The translations under genes and the position numbers were made by a program. This document shows, in pieces, positions 49,317-59,700 of a stretch of 64,000 bases of DNA. The stretch comes from a virus. Its lineage: Duplodnaviria > Caudoviricetes. The stretch lies in the IMG/VR virus record IMGVR_UViG_2711768098_000003, positions 20,517 through 84,516 of that record; one strand, 5' to 3'. Below the pieces are notes generated by a model. That model saw nothing but the letters and a program-made list of their open reading frames with translations. It did no database searches and was not told the DNA's origin. Every line of letters starts with the position of its first letter. Position 1 is the first letter of the stretch.

Positions 49317-51813
49317 GCTGGTTACGCAGATGTGTTTGTGTCGCTCCCTGAAGCAGTGGCCCATTGGGCGATGGTGAAAAGCTCACCGTTCTGCCGAACC
49401 TCAAACCAGTGGCGGTGCCACTCGCCCTCGTTGTCGCAGCCGAACCCGTCAACGCGACTGCACCACTTGATGCGAGGCTGGTAAGCGAGGCGCACTTCTT
49501 CGAGCGACAGAGTCTCCTTTGGCGACTGCAGGCCGAGGTTGTGTTCGAGGTCGGCTTGCAGTGCTGCGGAGTCGAGTCCGTGACCTTGGTGAATTCGCCC
49601 CCAGCGCCCACTGCTGGTGTAGATGTCCTGCGGGTACTCGTTCACTGGTCCTCCTCAGCGGCAGCAGCAGCGGAGAGGAGAGCTGCGGCGACTGCACGCG
49701 CTTCGTCAGGCGTCCACATCGTCAGACCTGACCATCTCGCCTCCACAATGCCCGGATGCTGGCCGACTGCTGCGCCGATGTCTGCGAGCCCCTGCGGATA
49801 CCAGACCGGGAACGTAAGCCCCTCGAAGCCTGGGCGCGTGTCGGCAACTTGCTCGCTGTAGGCGGGCAGTTCCACGATGCTGTATCCGGCGTCCGACAAC
49901 CGGGACACCACATGAGCCGCGAGGTCGTGCACTGTCATCGTGTTCGGGAACGCGCCCCATAGTTGGCCGTCATCGCGAGCACCCGGCGCGCCGTTGTGGC
50001 CCTCAGTTGCGACGTCCCGCATCGCGTCTGCGATGATTTCCAGTTCCTTGCTCACGACTCACCCCCAGGGCATCGACTAGCGGCGTGCATCTGCCGGATG
50101 GTCTTGCCAGCAGCCATCGAGTGATTTGGGCACAGGGGGTCGACCCGATTGGAGTCGACAAGGCCGCACGACTCCTGAGGGCACGGGCATTCATCCTCGA
50201 TTGGATGCCCGGACCATGACCGGCCAATATGGTGGCTCATGACTCACCCCCAGCAGCACGAGGAGGGTGCCACAACACCGTCAGTGGGTACCGAGCATTC
50301 TCGGAGTGAACTCGTTTATAGAAACTCTCATCGCTGTTTGGGTAGTACTCGATGCGGTCCTGTGGGTCGGTGCATTCCAGCCCGACACCCATTGCCTCGG
50401 AGTCGTCTTCGTGCATGTAAGCCATCCAGAACATGCCCTCGCGGTCCAGCACTGGGATAGCGGTGGATAAGCCGATGACGTTGTACTGCTCCATGAACTC
50501 CCACAATGAATCGGGATCGACGATGACTGGCTGCACGATGAGGGCTGCAATCACAGACGCCTGATGGGCAGCGAACTGTGCGTCCCAGTCGTCGCCGGTC
50601 TCGTCAACCTTCCAGCCACAGCCGCGGCATTTCCCCCAGTCGTCGTCCGCATGCTTCGCCAACGCCTCTGCGATGACCTCCACGGGGGCGCTCACGCGGT
50701 ACGCGCCAACTGGAGTTCCGCAGCCGACGACCACATACCCACCTGCCGCGTCACATGCATCACATCCTCATTCCCCGCCCACTGCAACACCATCGACGGT
50801 TCCGCAGGCACAATCCGACCATCCGGCCAATACAAGCCATGCTCGATATCAACATCGTCCATCGATGCACGTTTCGTCGTCACCTTGTTGGCGGCGAGCA
50901 CCGCCTGTAGGGCTTCGGCAGAGTTGTAGAAGTTGGTGGCGATGCGGGTGCGTCCGGCTTGGCTGGCCGTTTCGGCTGCCGCGGTCCAGGTGTCGATGAG
51001 GGTTTCGAGGTCGGCGCGCAGTGACATGGGTGTTCCTTTCAGGGGCGGCTGGCAGGCCACGATGGTTCAGGCTTGAATCGTCGGGATTTCGTCGAACAGG
51101 TAGGTGCGGGGGCGTTGCGGAAAGGTGCGGATGACGAGGCCGGATAGGGAGATAACGGCGTGGTCGTCGTCGTGATCTTCGGGTAGCCCGCAACGCTCAT
51201 CGTTGTAGGTGGGGGCACCGCATTCCGGTGCGCTACGCGGGAGTGGCTCGACTCGATCGAACTGGCGGACAGTCATGCCGCATCGAAGAATTCGTGGACC
51301 GACAGTGCACGCGTCACCGAATTCGCATCCTCCACAGCATGCCCCTTAATCAACTCTTCCAGCCGATCCGCTGTCCGATCATCCGCCGCAGCATCCGACG
51401 TCCACCCGGACGGGAAGTCATCCGGGACCGTGAACTGCTGGCGGTGCCGCGTCAACTCATCCCACTCCACAACAATGTTTTTCACGATGCTTCACCGCCG
51501 ATGTAGGCGATGTACACGTCGCCTTGCCGAACCTCGGCTTTGAAGCCGTGCCCGAATGCTGCCGTGTCGCCGCGGTTGATGCGGGATCGGAATCCGGACG
51601 GTGATTTCAGGTTGCGGGGGTAGCGGGCGTACGTGTTGGGTCGCTGCCGGAGTTCGTCTGCGAATTCTTTGTTTTCGGCGTGGCGTGCGAGGGTTTCGGG
51701 TTCGGGGAGGTGGTCTACGAATTCGATGACCATGGGTGTGGTTCCTTTCGGGGTGGTGGCCGGGCCGCGGCGATAGCAGTCGTCGCGGCCCGGTGTTGTT
51801 GCGGGATGATGGT

Positions 51814-52278
51814 TTAAAACGGTGGATTCTGGTTTCCGAAGTTGCCTGATGCGACGGGTGCGGAACCCCACGGATCGTCCTGCGCGGACTGATTGTTTCG
51901 ACCCTGTCCGCCAGCCGCATTGCTGCGGGAAGCCTTCTGCGGGCGAGCGGTGGCGAACTGGAGGGAAGGGCCGACAGCCTCGACGTCGACCTCCAGGCTG
52001 TATCGAGTCTGCCCATCCTTGTCGTACGGGCGGTTCTTGATGCGTCCGAGGATGACGACCTGGTCGCCCTTCTTCAGGGATTCGGCGATGTTCTCGGCGA
52101 GGTTGCGCCACGCGTTCGCTCGATACCAGGTGGTGTCACCGTCCTTCCAGTCATTGCCGTCCTTCACGCGTTCGGTGACGGCGACGGAAAAGTTGACCAC
52201 GGCGGCGCCGGAGGCGGTGAAACGAAGTTCTGGATCCTGTCCGAGCGATCCGACGATGGAGACTGTTGCTTGAGCCAT
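51814..52278 (-). CDS. ssb: Single-stranded DNA-binding protein
   Basis: DPELRFTASGAAV, AWRNLAENIAESL, VGPSL, DDPW and C-terminal PPF. Confidence 0.95.
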   Translation of the reverse strand: MAQATVSIVGSLGQDPELRFTASGAAVVNFSVAVTERVKDGNDWKDGDTTWYRANAWRNLAENIAESLKKGDQVVILGRIKNRPYDKDGQTRYSLEVDVEAVGPSLQFATARPQKASRSNAAGGQGRNNQSAQDDPWGSAPVASGNFGNQNPPF

Positions 52279-52317
52279 TTCGGCTGGTCCTTTCGGTGGG
52301 GGTGGTGTGGTGGAGGG

Positions 52318-52602
52318 TTATTCGGCGGGGGAACTGGCAGGCTCCCACGCCTCCAGAATGTCGGCGAGCTGGTCGAGCTTCTGACTGCGGTAGTCGTTCC
52401 AATGCATGTCGCCGGCGACGACAACAGGGACTCCCCTGTATCCGAGTTCGCGTACACGTTCGGCGCCGTTCGGGTCTTTGGTGACGTCGACTTTCGTGTA
52501 CGGGATCTCGTTTTTGTCGAGGTGGCGGGCGGTTGCCATGCATGGCCCGCATCCTGGTTTCGAGTAGAGGGTGACGGTTGGGGCGTCGGGGTGGATCGTC
52601 AA
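52318..52602 (-). CDS. nrdH: NrdH-like glutaredoxin
   Basis: YSKPGCGPC, GYRGVPVV and HW..YR motifs. Confidence 0.88.
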   Translation of the reverse strand: MTIHPDAPTVTLYSKPGCGPCMATARHLDKNEIPYTKVDVTKDPNGAERVRELGYRGVPVVVAGDMHWNDYRSQKLDQLADILEAWEPASSPAE

Positions 52603-53302
52603 GGGTGTTTCTTTCTGTGGTGGGGTTATTCGATGTCGTCGCGGGCGGCGAGTTCATCGGGTGACGGTGGATGCTTGAGCTTCCGCTCCTCATTCGCGAT
52701 CGTCGCGGACACGCGCTTGAAAATGGCTACGTAGTCGCCAGGTTCTTCTGCGACGATGTCCGCGATTTCGTCGCCGATGCGATACATGCGCTCGTTTTCT
52801 GCGTCGATACGCCGGGCTTCTGCCCTGAGCTCGTTTGCAGCATCGGACATTCCCACGCTGTCGAGGTGTGCAGCCGCGTCGGTGAAGGCGTCAGCCGTGG
52901 TGGACATTTTCATGCTGCGATCGCTCCAAGGTCGAGGTACGCAGCCAACGCGTACGCACTAATCGTGACTTCGATACTCGAGTCCTCGAACCGCTCCGAA
53001 TCATCCTCCAGCAGTGCATCAAGCCGCTCCGCCAGCCCATCCAGCGTGCCCTCTTCGAACTCGACCACCTTGTCTTCGCTGTACTCCGGGCCGCTATCAG
53101 ACCAGTAGGAGCCGCGGATCAGGTTTTCTTCGCGTCGCACCCATTCGAGTTCGTAGTCGACGCGTTTCCAGTGCGGTGATGTCGGGTTGGGTTCGATGAA
53201 GTAGCGGATGTTGTGGCCGGTGGGGAGGCCTGCTGCGGTGATGTCTGCGGTTTCGTGGGGGGTGGGGATGCGGTAGGTCATGGTGGTGGTCCTTTCGGTG
53301 GC

Positions 53303-53355
53303 GCCCTGGCAGGGGCTTCACGGTTCAGGTTACGCATGGTTGCGCGCATATGCAA
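53303..53355 (-). promoter_or_regulatory. SigA-type promoter with operator boxes + CTGCCA hairpin
   Basis: TTGCAT-N17-TAACCT (53355-53327); GCCC-CTGCCA-GGGC (53316-53303); CCGAAAGGA RBS. Confidence 0.72.
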
Positions 53356-53368
53356 CCCGGTTGCGCAT

Positions 53369-54409
53369 TTAAGCTGCGGCAACGAGCTCATCGACTGCCA
53401 GTAGTTGCGCAGTGACAGCCTGCGCGAGCATCGGCGGCACAGCATCGCCAACCTGCCTGTACTGCGATGTCTTCGTTCCCTGCCACGGATAATCCGCAGG
53501 AAACGTCTGCAACACCGCCGATTCTTCAACGGTGAGTTGCCTGCCATTCGGGTCGCGGTCACGCGGTCCACCCGCTCGAGTCAATCTCGTTGACCATGCT
53601 GCTGTCGCCTTGCCTGTAATGGTCGGCGCCGGATACCGGATCGGCCGCGGATCAACCTGCGTCGACGACGTTCCCGCCGGCGCCAACGCCTTCACGTCGC
53701 CAATACCGCGGCGACGCAACTGCCATCCGAGAACATCCTGCGTCGACACCCACCGCCTCATATCGGCGTCCAGCCAGTCAGGATGCAAGGACCGGTAGCG
53801 GGAATGCGTCGGCGATGGGAGTCGAGCGGGGCCTCGCAGCATCGTTTCCCGCGGCGATCGAGCAACCAGAATGGCCCGCTTTCTGGTTTGCGGCACCCCG
53901 TACCGTTCGGCTTGCAGGATGCCCGCGTCGACGCTGTACCCAACGGCTTCGAGGATGGCTGCGCACGCCTTCCATATCGGCAGGGCTCCGGGTACCTGCT
54001 CCCACGCCACCCATTCGGGGGTGTTTGCGAGTAGCCACCTGATCGGCTGCATGATGAGGATGGTTCGCGGATCCGACATTTGCGGTTCGAGCGCGTCGAT
54101 TGCGTTCTCGACGTCAGCGAAGGTTCGGATGCCGTGCAGCGCCTCGAGGATGAGGTCGACCTGTTTGGTTCCGCGTTGCGCGCCTGCTGCAGAGAGTGAT
54201 TGGCAGGGTGATGACGCGAGTTGCCCGGTCGAGGGGAAGTCGCGGGGGTCGAGTTCGGTGACGTCGCGCATCAGCCTGGCATGCCCGGCTGCTGTGGCGG
54301 TGGCGCAGGCGTCTGCATCCCATTCGATACCGAGGTAGTCGCCTGCGTATCCGGCTTGCCGTATCCCGGTACTCCATCCACCAGGTCCTGCGAACAAGTC
54401 GATGATCAT
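53369..54409 (-). CDS. C5 cytosine DNA methyltransferase
   Basis: DLFAGPGG, SPCQ, EQV, YGVPQTRKR, LQTFP and QVGDAVPP motifs. Confidence 0.92.
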   Translation of the reverse strand: MIIDLFAGPGGWSTGIRQAGYAGDYLGIEWDADACATATAAGHARLMRDVTELDPRDFPSTGQLASSPCQSLSAAGAQRGTKQVDLILEALHGIRTFADVENAIDALEPQMSDPRTILIMQPIRWLLANTPEWVAWEQVPGALPIWKACAAILEAVGYSVDAGILQAERYGVPQTRKRAILVARSPRETMLRGPARLPSPTHSRYRSLHPDWLDADMRRWVSTQDVLGWQLRRRGIGDVKALAPAGTSSTQVDPRPIRYPAPTITGKATAAWSTRLTRAGGPRDRDPNGRQLTVEESAVLQTFPADYPWQGTKTSQYRQVGDAVPPMLAQAVTAQLLAVDELVAAA

Positions 54410-54894
54410 GGGTGGCCGCCGAGGAGTCTGAGGAAACCGCGGGCCGCGTAGGTGGTGATCGTGTACCAGGGCACGTACATGGCATCCAGTAGGAGGTCGA
54501 ATCGTCCTGGCCGGTAATGCTCGTCTCTCATGCTGCAGCCTGGATTGCACGGTAGTGGGCAGCCCACTCGCTGATCGACAGTTCGACGAGACTGTCGGGG
54601 CAGCGATTCGGTGTCGACAGGACTCGCGTGAAAACTGTTGGCAGGTTGTTGAATGTGCCGTATTCGTAGCGTGGCGTCCGGTTCGGCTCGTCGTAGTGGG
54701 CGTCGACGGTCAGTTCATGCCATTCGATGACGAAGTCGGCGGCGTCACCGGATGCGGTGTGTTCGTCGAGCCAGAAGTCGTCGCGGCTGAAGTTGATGTC
54801 GACGCCGGCGGTGGGTGCGATGCCGATGCGGCGGAGGAGGTTGCGTTCCCTGGTGGTGAGCAGTGTTGTGGCGGTCATGGTGTTCCTTTCGGCG

Positions 54895-54955
54895 GGGCTG
54901 GCAGGCCCAAACGGTTTCGCCCCGTAGGTTACGCGCGGTTGCGCAGTTTTGGCAA
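54895..54955 (-). promoter_or_regulatory. SigA-type promoter with operator boxes + CTGCCA hairpin
   Basis: TTGCCA-N18-TAACCT (54955-54926); GGGC-CTGCCA-GCCC (54908-54895). Confidence 0.72.
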
Positions 54956-55657
54956 GCTGGTTGCGCAGGCTACCACAGGAGTGGGAAGCCTTCGTCGAGG
55001 TGACTGACGTCATCCGGTAGGACCTCGACCTCCGCGGCCGGTGCGACTCGCGTCGACCATCCGGGTGCGTCATCGTCGATCCACCGCACCAACACCACCT
55101 CGGCGGCGCCACGGTTTGTGTCGACTTTCCATTCGAGTCCCCGCCACATCACACGCGCGGCAACCGGTAGAACACTCATCGAAACCTGCTTTCCATCAGA
55201 TGATTCGGCCGTAAATGTCGAATGACGGGCCGTGATGCATGACGCTCCGCGGATACCGGTAGGCGTCTTCGATTTGGTCGGGTGTGCAGCCGATGGCTTT
55301 CGCCGCTGCGACGGCGGCGTTGTATCCAGCCCAGTCGTTGGAGCGTACGGCTGCGGCGATGCGGCGGAGTGCGCCGAGGATGGCTTTCGGACTGGGCTGA
55401 CGCCTGGTCACGCGGCTTTCGTGCCGCCGATGGTGGCTGCGAGTTCGTCGATGGCGGGGAGGATGCGGGTGGCGGGGATGTCGATGACGTCGCCGACGTC
55501 GGTGATGACGGTGGCGGTGAGGTTTCCGTCGTCGTTGAGGGTGTAGTCGATGATTTCGATGATGGTGACGAAGATTTCGGGGCCGTTGCGGTCGATTCCG
55601 ATGCAGCGGTTGAAGATGTTGTGCATGGGGTGTGCCTTTCGGTGTGGCATCGGGGTG

Positions 55658-55736
55658 TCGGTGGCAGCCGGTGTCCGATGCGGTGGTGGTCGTGACGTTC
55701 TTCCGTCAGGTTACGCATAGTTGCGCGTAACCGCAA
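55658..55736 (-). promoter_or_regulatory. SigA-type promoter with operator boxes + CTGCCA hairpin
   Basis: TTGCGG-N17-TAACCT (55736-55708); CGG-CTGCCA-CCG hairpin near 55660. Confidence 0.72.
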
Positions 55737-55741
55737 GCATG

Positions 55742-57049
55742 TTACGCAACGCGTGCTTGGTACGCCTTCCATAGAAGCGGAACCGTCCCCAACCGGCCAG
55801 TCCTGTTCTTCGCGATCACGAACTCGACAGTCCCAGTCGGCTCACCCTGATCCGTCTTCTCGTGATGCAACAGAATCACCACATCCGCGTCCTGCTCGAT
55901 CGACCCCGATTCCCGCAGCTCAGACAATGCAGGCTTACGTTCCTGGTTGGCCGCATTGCGGTTCAACTGGCACGCCACGATCACCGAGCAGTCGAGCTCC
56001 CGCGACAGGATTTTCAGGGCACGCGAAATCATCGCGACCTGACGTTCACGGGCAACCTTCGTATCCGACTCGCGCAGCAACTGCAGATAGTCGACGACGA
56101 TGACGTCGAGGCCTTCCGGGCGACGTTTCAACGTCCGGCAGATCGCAGCAATGTATTCGACGGTGATGTCGGACTTGTCGACCAACGTCAACGGCATTTT
56201 GCGGTGACTGTCGGTGTACGCCTGCAGCTTCGACCGATTGTGGTCATCGATGTTGCGTTTGGTGATCTGCCCGTATTCGGCCTGAGCACCGGAAGCCATG
56301 ATGCGGGAGACGACCTCGGTCTCCCCCATTTCGACGCTGAAGATGACTGCGGGGTGCCCGAGTTGTGCGGCGTGGGTGGCGAAGTTGAGCAGGGCGATGG
56401 ATTTGCCTTCGCCGGGTCGGCCGCCGACGACGTAGGACCGTCCTGGCTGCAGTCCGCCGGCGAGCATCTCGTTGACTTCCGCCCACGGCGTGGCGATGGT
56501 TTTGACGTCGGTGCGCGGCGCATCGGCCCACTCCCACCATCCAGCGAGGGCGTCTTCGAACGAACGGGACTCTTTTGAGGGTGCAGCCTCACTGAGGCCG
56601 GAAATCTGCTCAGAAGCGAAATGAAGGGCTTCCGAGTAGGTGTTGGCGCGTCCCGCGTTCTCGGCGGCACGGTGGAGTGCATGCAGAAGGTGCCGGGATT
56701 TCGCCAACTCGGTCACCGCCCGGGCTGCAGCGTGCGCAGCCTTCGCCTGAACCGGCTCCCCCGCCAACGCTTTCACGCGAACCTTCACCGGGTGCGCTTC
56801 CGCCGTGAACTCTGCGAGCAGTAGCCGCTTGGACACCTGGCGGCCCGATGCGGCGATGCGCTTCGCCGCCGACCACAGTTCACCGAGGTGTGGATCGTAG
56901 AAGTCTTCGGCTGCGACAGACGCCAGGAGCGCCTCGTGGTCGTGGCGCAACGTCACCGACAGGATCGCCGAGACGAGTGTCGCTTCGTCGCCGAGCGACT
57001 CGAGGAGCTCTTCAGATTCATGAAAGACGCGGGTGTCTGGGGTGGTCAT
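55742..57049 (-). CDS. dnaB: Replicative DNA helicase
   Basis: GGRPGEGKS, FSVEM, VDYLQL, QLNR, LRESGSIEQDAD and KNRTG motifs. Confidence 0.95.
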   Translation of the reverse strand: MTTPDTRVFHESEELLESLGDEATLVSAILSVTLRHDHEALLASVAAEDFYDPHLGELWSAAKRIAASGRQVSKRLLLAEFTAEAHPVKVRVKALAGEPVQAKAAHAAARAVTELAKSRHLLHALHRAAENAGRANTYSEALHFASEQISGLSEAAPSKESRSFEDALAGWWEWADAPRTDVKTIATPWAEVNEMLAGGLQPGRSYVVGGRPGEGKSIALLNFATHAAQLGHPAVIFSVEMGETEVVSRIMASGAQAEYGQITKRNIDDHNRSKLQAYTDSHRKMPLTLVDKSDITVEYIAAICRTLKRRPEGLDVIVVDYLQLLRESDTKVARERQVAMISRALKILSRELDCSVIVACQLNRNAANQERKPALSELRESGSIEQDADVVILLHHEKTDQGEPTGTVEFVIAKNRTGRLGTVPLLWKAYQARVA

Positions 57050-58236
57050 GCTGCTTTGCTCGCTTCCCTGGCTCCGATTTTGGCGACGATGGCTTCGAGG
57101 TTCGTCTCGATCCATTCACGGCGGTGCTTCTCGAAGAACCGCTTGGTTTCGGCGTTGTCGAGTCCGTCTGGCGGGTCAGGCTGGGTGTAGTAGATCCCGG
57201 CACGGTCTTCGATCGGCTTGACGGTGGCGTCGCGCCAGCACGCCCGCGCCCAATCACGGATGGTGTCGGAATCTTCGGGGAGTTTGATTCCGTCGCGGAT
57301 CATCTGCCCGAGCAACGTGTCGTACTTTTCGCGGAACTTCGACATCGACTGGATGTTCGGTTTCCACCACGACTGCTGAGACCACCGGAGGACTGCCATC
57401 GCTTTGGCGTGAGGGATCTCGTCGATGTCGAGAAGTTTGCGGGCGTGGTCTCGCCATGCTGCCGGGTTCTTGGGTTTGCGGAATCCGTTTGCGATGACGG
57501 ATCGCTCAAGTTCTAGGCAGAGCTCTTCGACGTCAGGTCGAACCGGCGACGGTTCGGACATGTCTTTTAAAGGTAAAGGTATAGGTAGGGACCCCCCATC
57601 CTTGGGGGCATCCTGGGGGCAAACCTTGGGGGCATCCTGCCCCCCACCGTTGGGGGCACCCTTGGGGGCATCCTGGGGGGCGTCGCCGGGCGGATCGTAC
57701 GACTGCACGGCATACAAAATGCCCTCCCGATTCGGGAACGAAGTCGGAAAGATCGCCGGATCGATCGACTCCCGATCAAGCAACGCGGCGATGCGCTCTG
57801 CAGCCTTGGGGACGCCAGACCACCCCTTCAACGTCGGGTAGTTTTCACGCAGCTTCCGGAGTTCGTGGACCACCACGCCGCGCAAAGTCTTCGATGCGAT
57901 CGCACCGTAATCGTTGAGCATCGACACCACCGTCGAAGGATTCTTGAGCACGCCGTCGTACTTGATGAACGAGCGGACCAAGATTTCCTCGGTGTCCTCG
58001 TCGACAATCACGAACAGTTGGACCGCGAGTTCGGTTGCGGCTTCCCGGATCGCATCCGGTGTCCAGCCCCGGGCTTTCGCGGCAATCTTGCCGGGCCGCC
58101 AGTCCGCCACTCCGGCGTAGGAGAGCGTCGGATCGGTCATGAGCGCGAAGTAGAGGTGTTGGGCGGTGGGTGTGAGGTCACGGAATCCGTCGTCCGCCCA
58201 GATGTCTAGGCGCACGGGGGCGTACTCGCGGGGCAT
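57046..58236 (-). CDS. Phage replication initiator protein
   Basis: IWADDGFRDLT..AQHLY N-terminus, central iteron-encoded repeats, WKPNIQSMSKFREKYD C-terminus; coupled to dnaB. Confidence 0.8.
   Translation of the reverse strand: MPREYAPVRLDIWADDGFRDLTPTAQHLYFALMTDPTLSYAGVADWRPGKIAAKARGWTPDAIREAATELAVQLFVIVDEDTEEILVRSFIKYDGVLKNPSTVVSMLNDYGAIASKTLRGVVVHELRKLRENYPTLKGWSGVPKAAERIAALLDRESIDPAIFPTSFPNREGILYAVQSYDPPGDAPQDAPKGAPNGGGQDAPKVCPQDAPKDGGSLPIPLPLKDMSEPSPVRPDVEELCLELERSVIANGFRKPKNPAAWRDHARKLLDIDEIPHAKAMAVLRWSQQSWWKPNIQSMSKFREKYDTLLGQMIRDGIKLPEDSDTIRDWARACWRDATVKPIEDRAGIYYTQPDPPDGLDNAETKRFFEKHRREWIETNLEAIVAKIGAREASKAA
57561..57685. repeat. Putative replication origin: TGGGGGCA iteron-like repeats with an adjacent AT-rich tract inside the initiator gene
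   Basis: Five to six copies of (T/C)TGGGGGCA, including CTTGGGGGCATCCTG three times; TCTTTTAAAGGTAAAGGTATA next to them, as in lambda O-type origins. Confidence 0.7.
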
Positions 58237-58793
58237 GGTGTCTGCTTCCTGTGGGTGGGTTAGGCGGCGCGTGCGGCGCGGTAGGGTGCTTCGTTTTCGA
58301 CCTCGGCGGCTCGAGTCGCCTGCAGCTTTTCGTCAACAGTCGCTGACTCGTCAATGAGGTCTTGTAGTTCTTCGGGGTCTGGGTCGCCGGCGTTGATGAT
58401 GTATGCGGCGGCATCGAGTAGTGCCCAGTTCTGTCGCATCAGATCGTTGACGCGGTCGCTGGCGCCGGGGATTGCCTGCCAGTCGCCGAGCCTCTCAACG
58501 TTGTCGTTCATGGGCGTTCCCGGACTGCGTCGACTATCAGCCGGGCACCTTTGATCGCTGCGGAGTGCTGTTCGCAGAGTGCGATCACTGCGTGTTCCGG
58601 GCAGTACGGCCAGCCGTCTGGGTGTCGCCCGGAGTGGTCTGTGATTGTGGCGACGGCGAGTGCTGTGCAGGGTGCGAGTAGGTCCACGTGAGAGCATTCT
58701 CGGTCGAGTGTCAGTTGCTGCATGAGGGTTCTTTCTCCGATGCGAGCGCGGGGGCCTGCGCCAGGTGACGCAGACCCCCAGCGGCGGCATGAT

Positions 58794-59657
58794 TTAGGCG
58801 GCCTGTACGACACCGAGGTCGGCGGCACGTGCTTTCGCCAACGACATCAGCGTCTGCGCGTTCGCGCCCGTCAGCGTGTTCTGTGCCGTCGAATACAAGC
58901 CAAGGAGTGTTTCCCTGTCGGTCGCAGCTTCGATCTGCGCCGTCAGCTTCTCCACGACATCGTCGTCGTTCACAGCGGGCGCCTGCGCCTGACTCTGCTC
59001 CGACATCTTTTCCGAAAGCGATGCAACTCCGCCCTGCCGTTTCGGTGCAGCCTCGCGGGCAGGGGTTGAAGCAGTCGGTTCGTCGTCGCCGTTGAGGGGA
59101 CGCTCAACCTCGTCGTGACCCATCGACTTGGATTCGGGCACGTTCTCCTGGATGTCCTTCTCGACGTCATCCTCACCGGGCATCACCAGTGTTCCGCCGA
59201 CGAGGGCGGCCAACTGCCCCTTGTTGTACAGCGACAATCCGAACTGGTCACCGAGTGCGATAGCGCAGCGCTTCTTCGCCAGCGAGATCGCGGACTTGAA
59301 GGCTAGGTCGTGGCCGTCCGCCCGGGACTGGTTGGAGCTTGACCCAGTCGATCCGTCTTCGAATCGGCACACTAGGTCGCCGCTACTGTTCCGTACGGTG
59401 AGGCGCATGGTGACGCGGTAGCAGACATCGAATCGGCCTTCAGGCTTCGTTCCGTCACGCTTGGTGTGCTGCTGTTCGAACACCATGTCGTCGGACAGCA
59501 TTTCGTAGTCGAATGCTCCGAAGCCGAAGATACGGTTGAGGTGCGCGAGTACATCCTGCTGAGGCAGATGCGCGTTGCCCTTGCCGTCTTTCATCACTCG
59601 AACCGGATTGATGGGCGAGAGTAGCTGTTTCGTCTGCGCTGAGGTGAAGTTTGCCAT
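58794..59657 (-). CDS. Rad52/Sak-family single-strand annealing protein
   Basis: LNRIFGFG, FKSAISLAKKRCAIALGDQFGLSLY. Confidence 0.85.
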   Translation of the reverse strand: MANFTSAQTKQLLSPINPVRVMKDGKGNAHLPQQDVLAHLNRIFGFGAFDYEMLSDDMVFEQQHTKRDGTKPEGRFDVCYRVTMRLTVRNSSGDLVCRFEDGSTGSSSNQSRADGHDLAFKSAISLAKKRCAIALGDQFGLSLYNKGQLAALVGGTLVMPGEDDVEKDIQENVPESKSMGHDEVERPLNGDDEPTASTPAREAAPKRQGGVASLSEKMSEQSQAQAPAVNDDDVVEKLTAQIEAATDRETLLGLYSTAQNTLTGANAQTLMSLAKARAADLGVVQAA

Positions 59658-59700
59658 GATGTTTCCTTCGGTGGTTGTGTGGTTGCGGTGGCAGCCGCGG

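Noticed and set aside
57590-57685. Short G-rich repeats as a CRISPR array or G-quadruplex element
   Set aside because: No unique spacers of regular length and no cas genes; position inside the initiator gene fits replication iterons.
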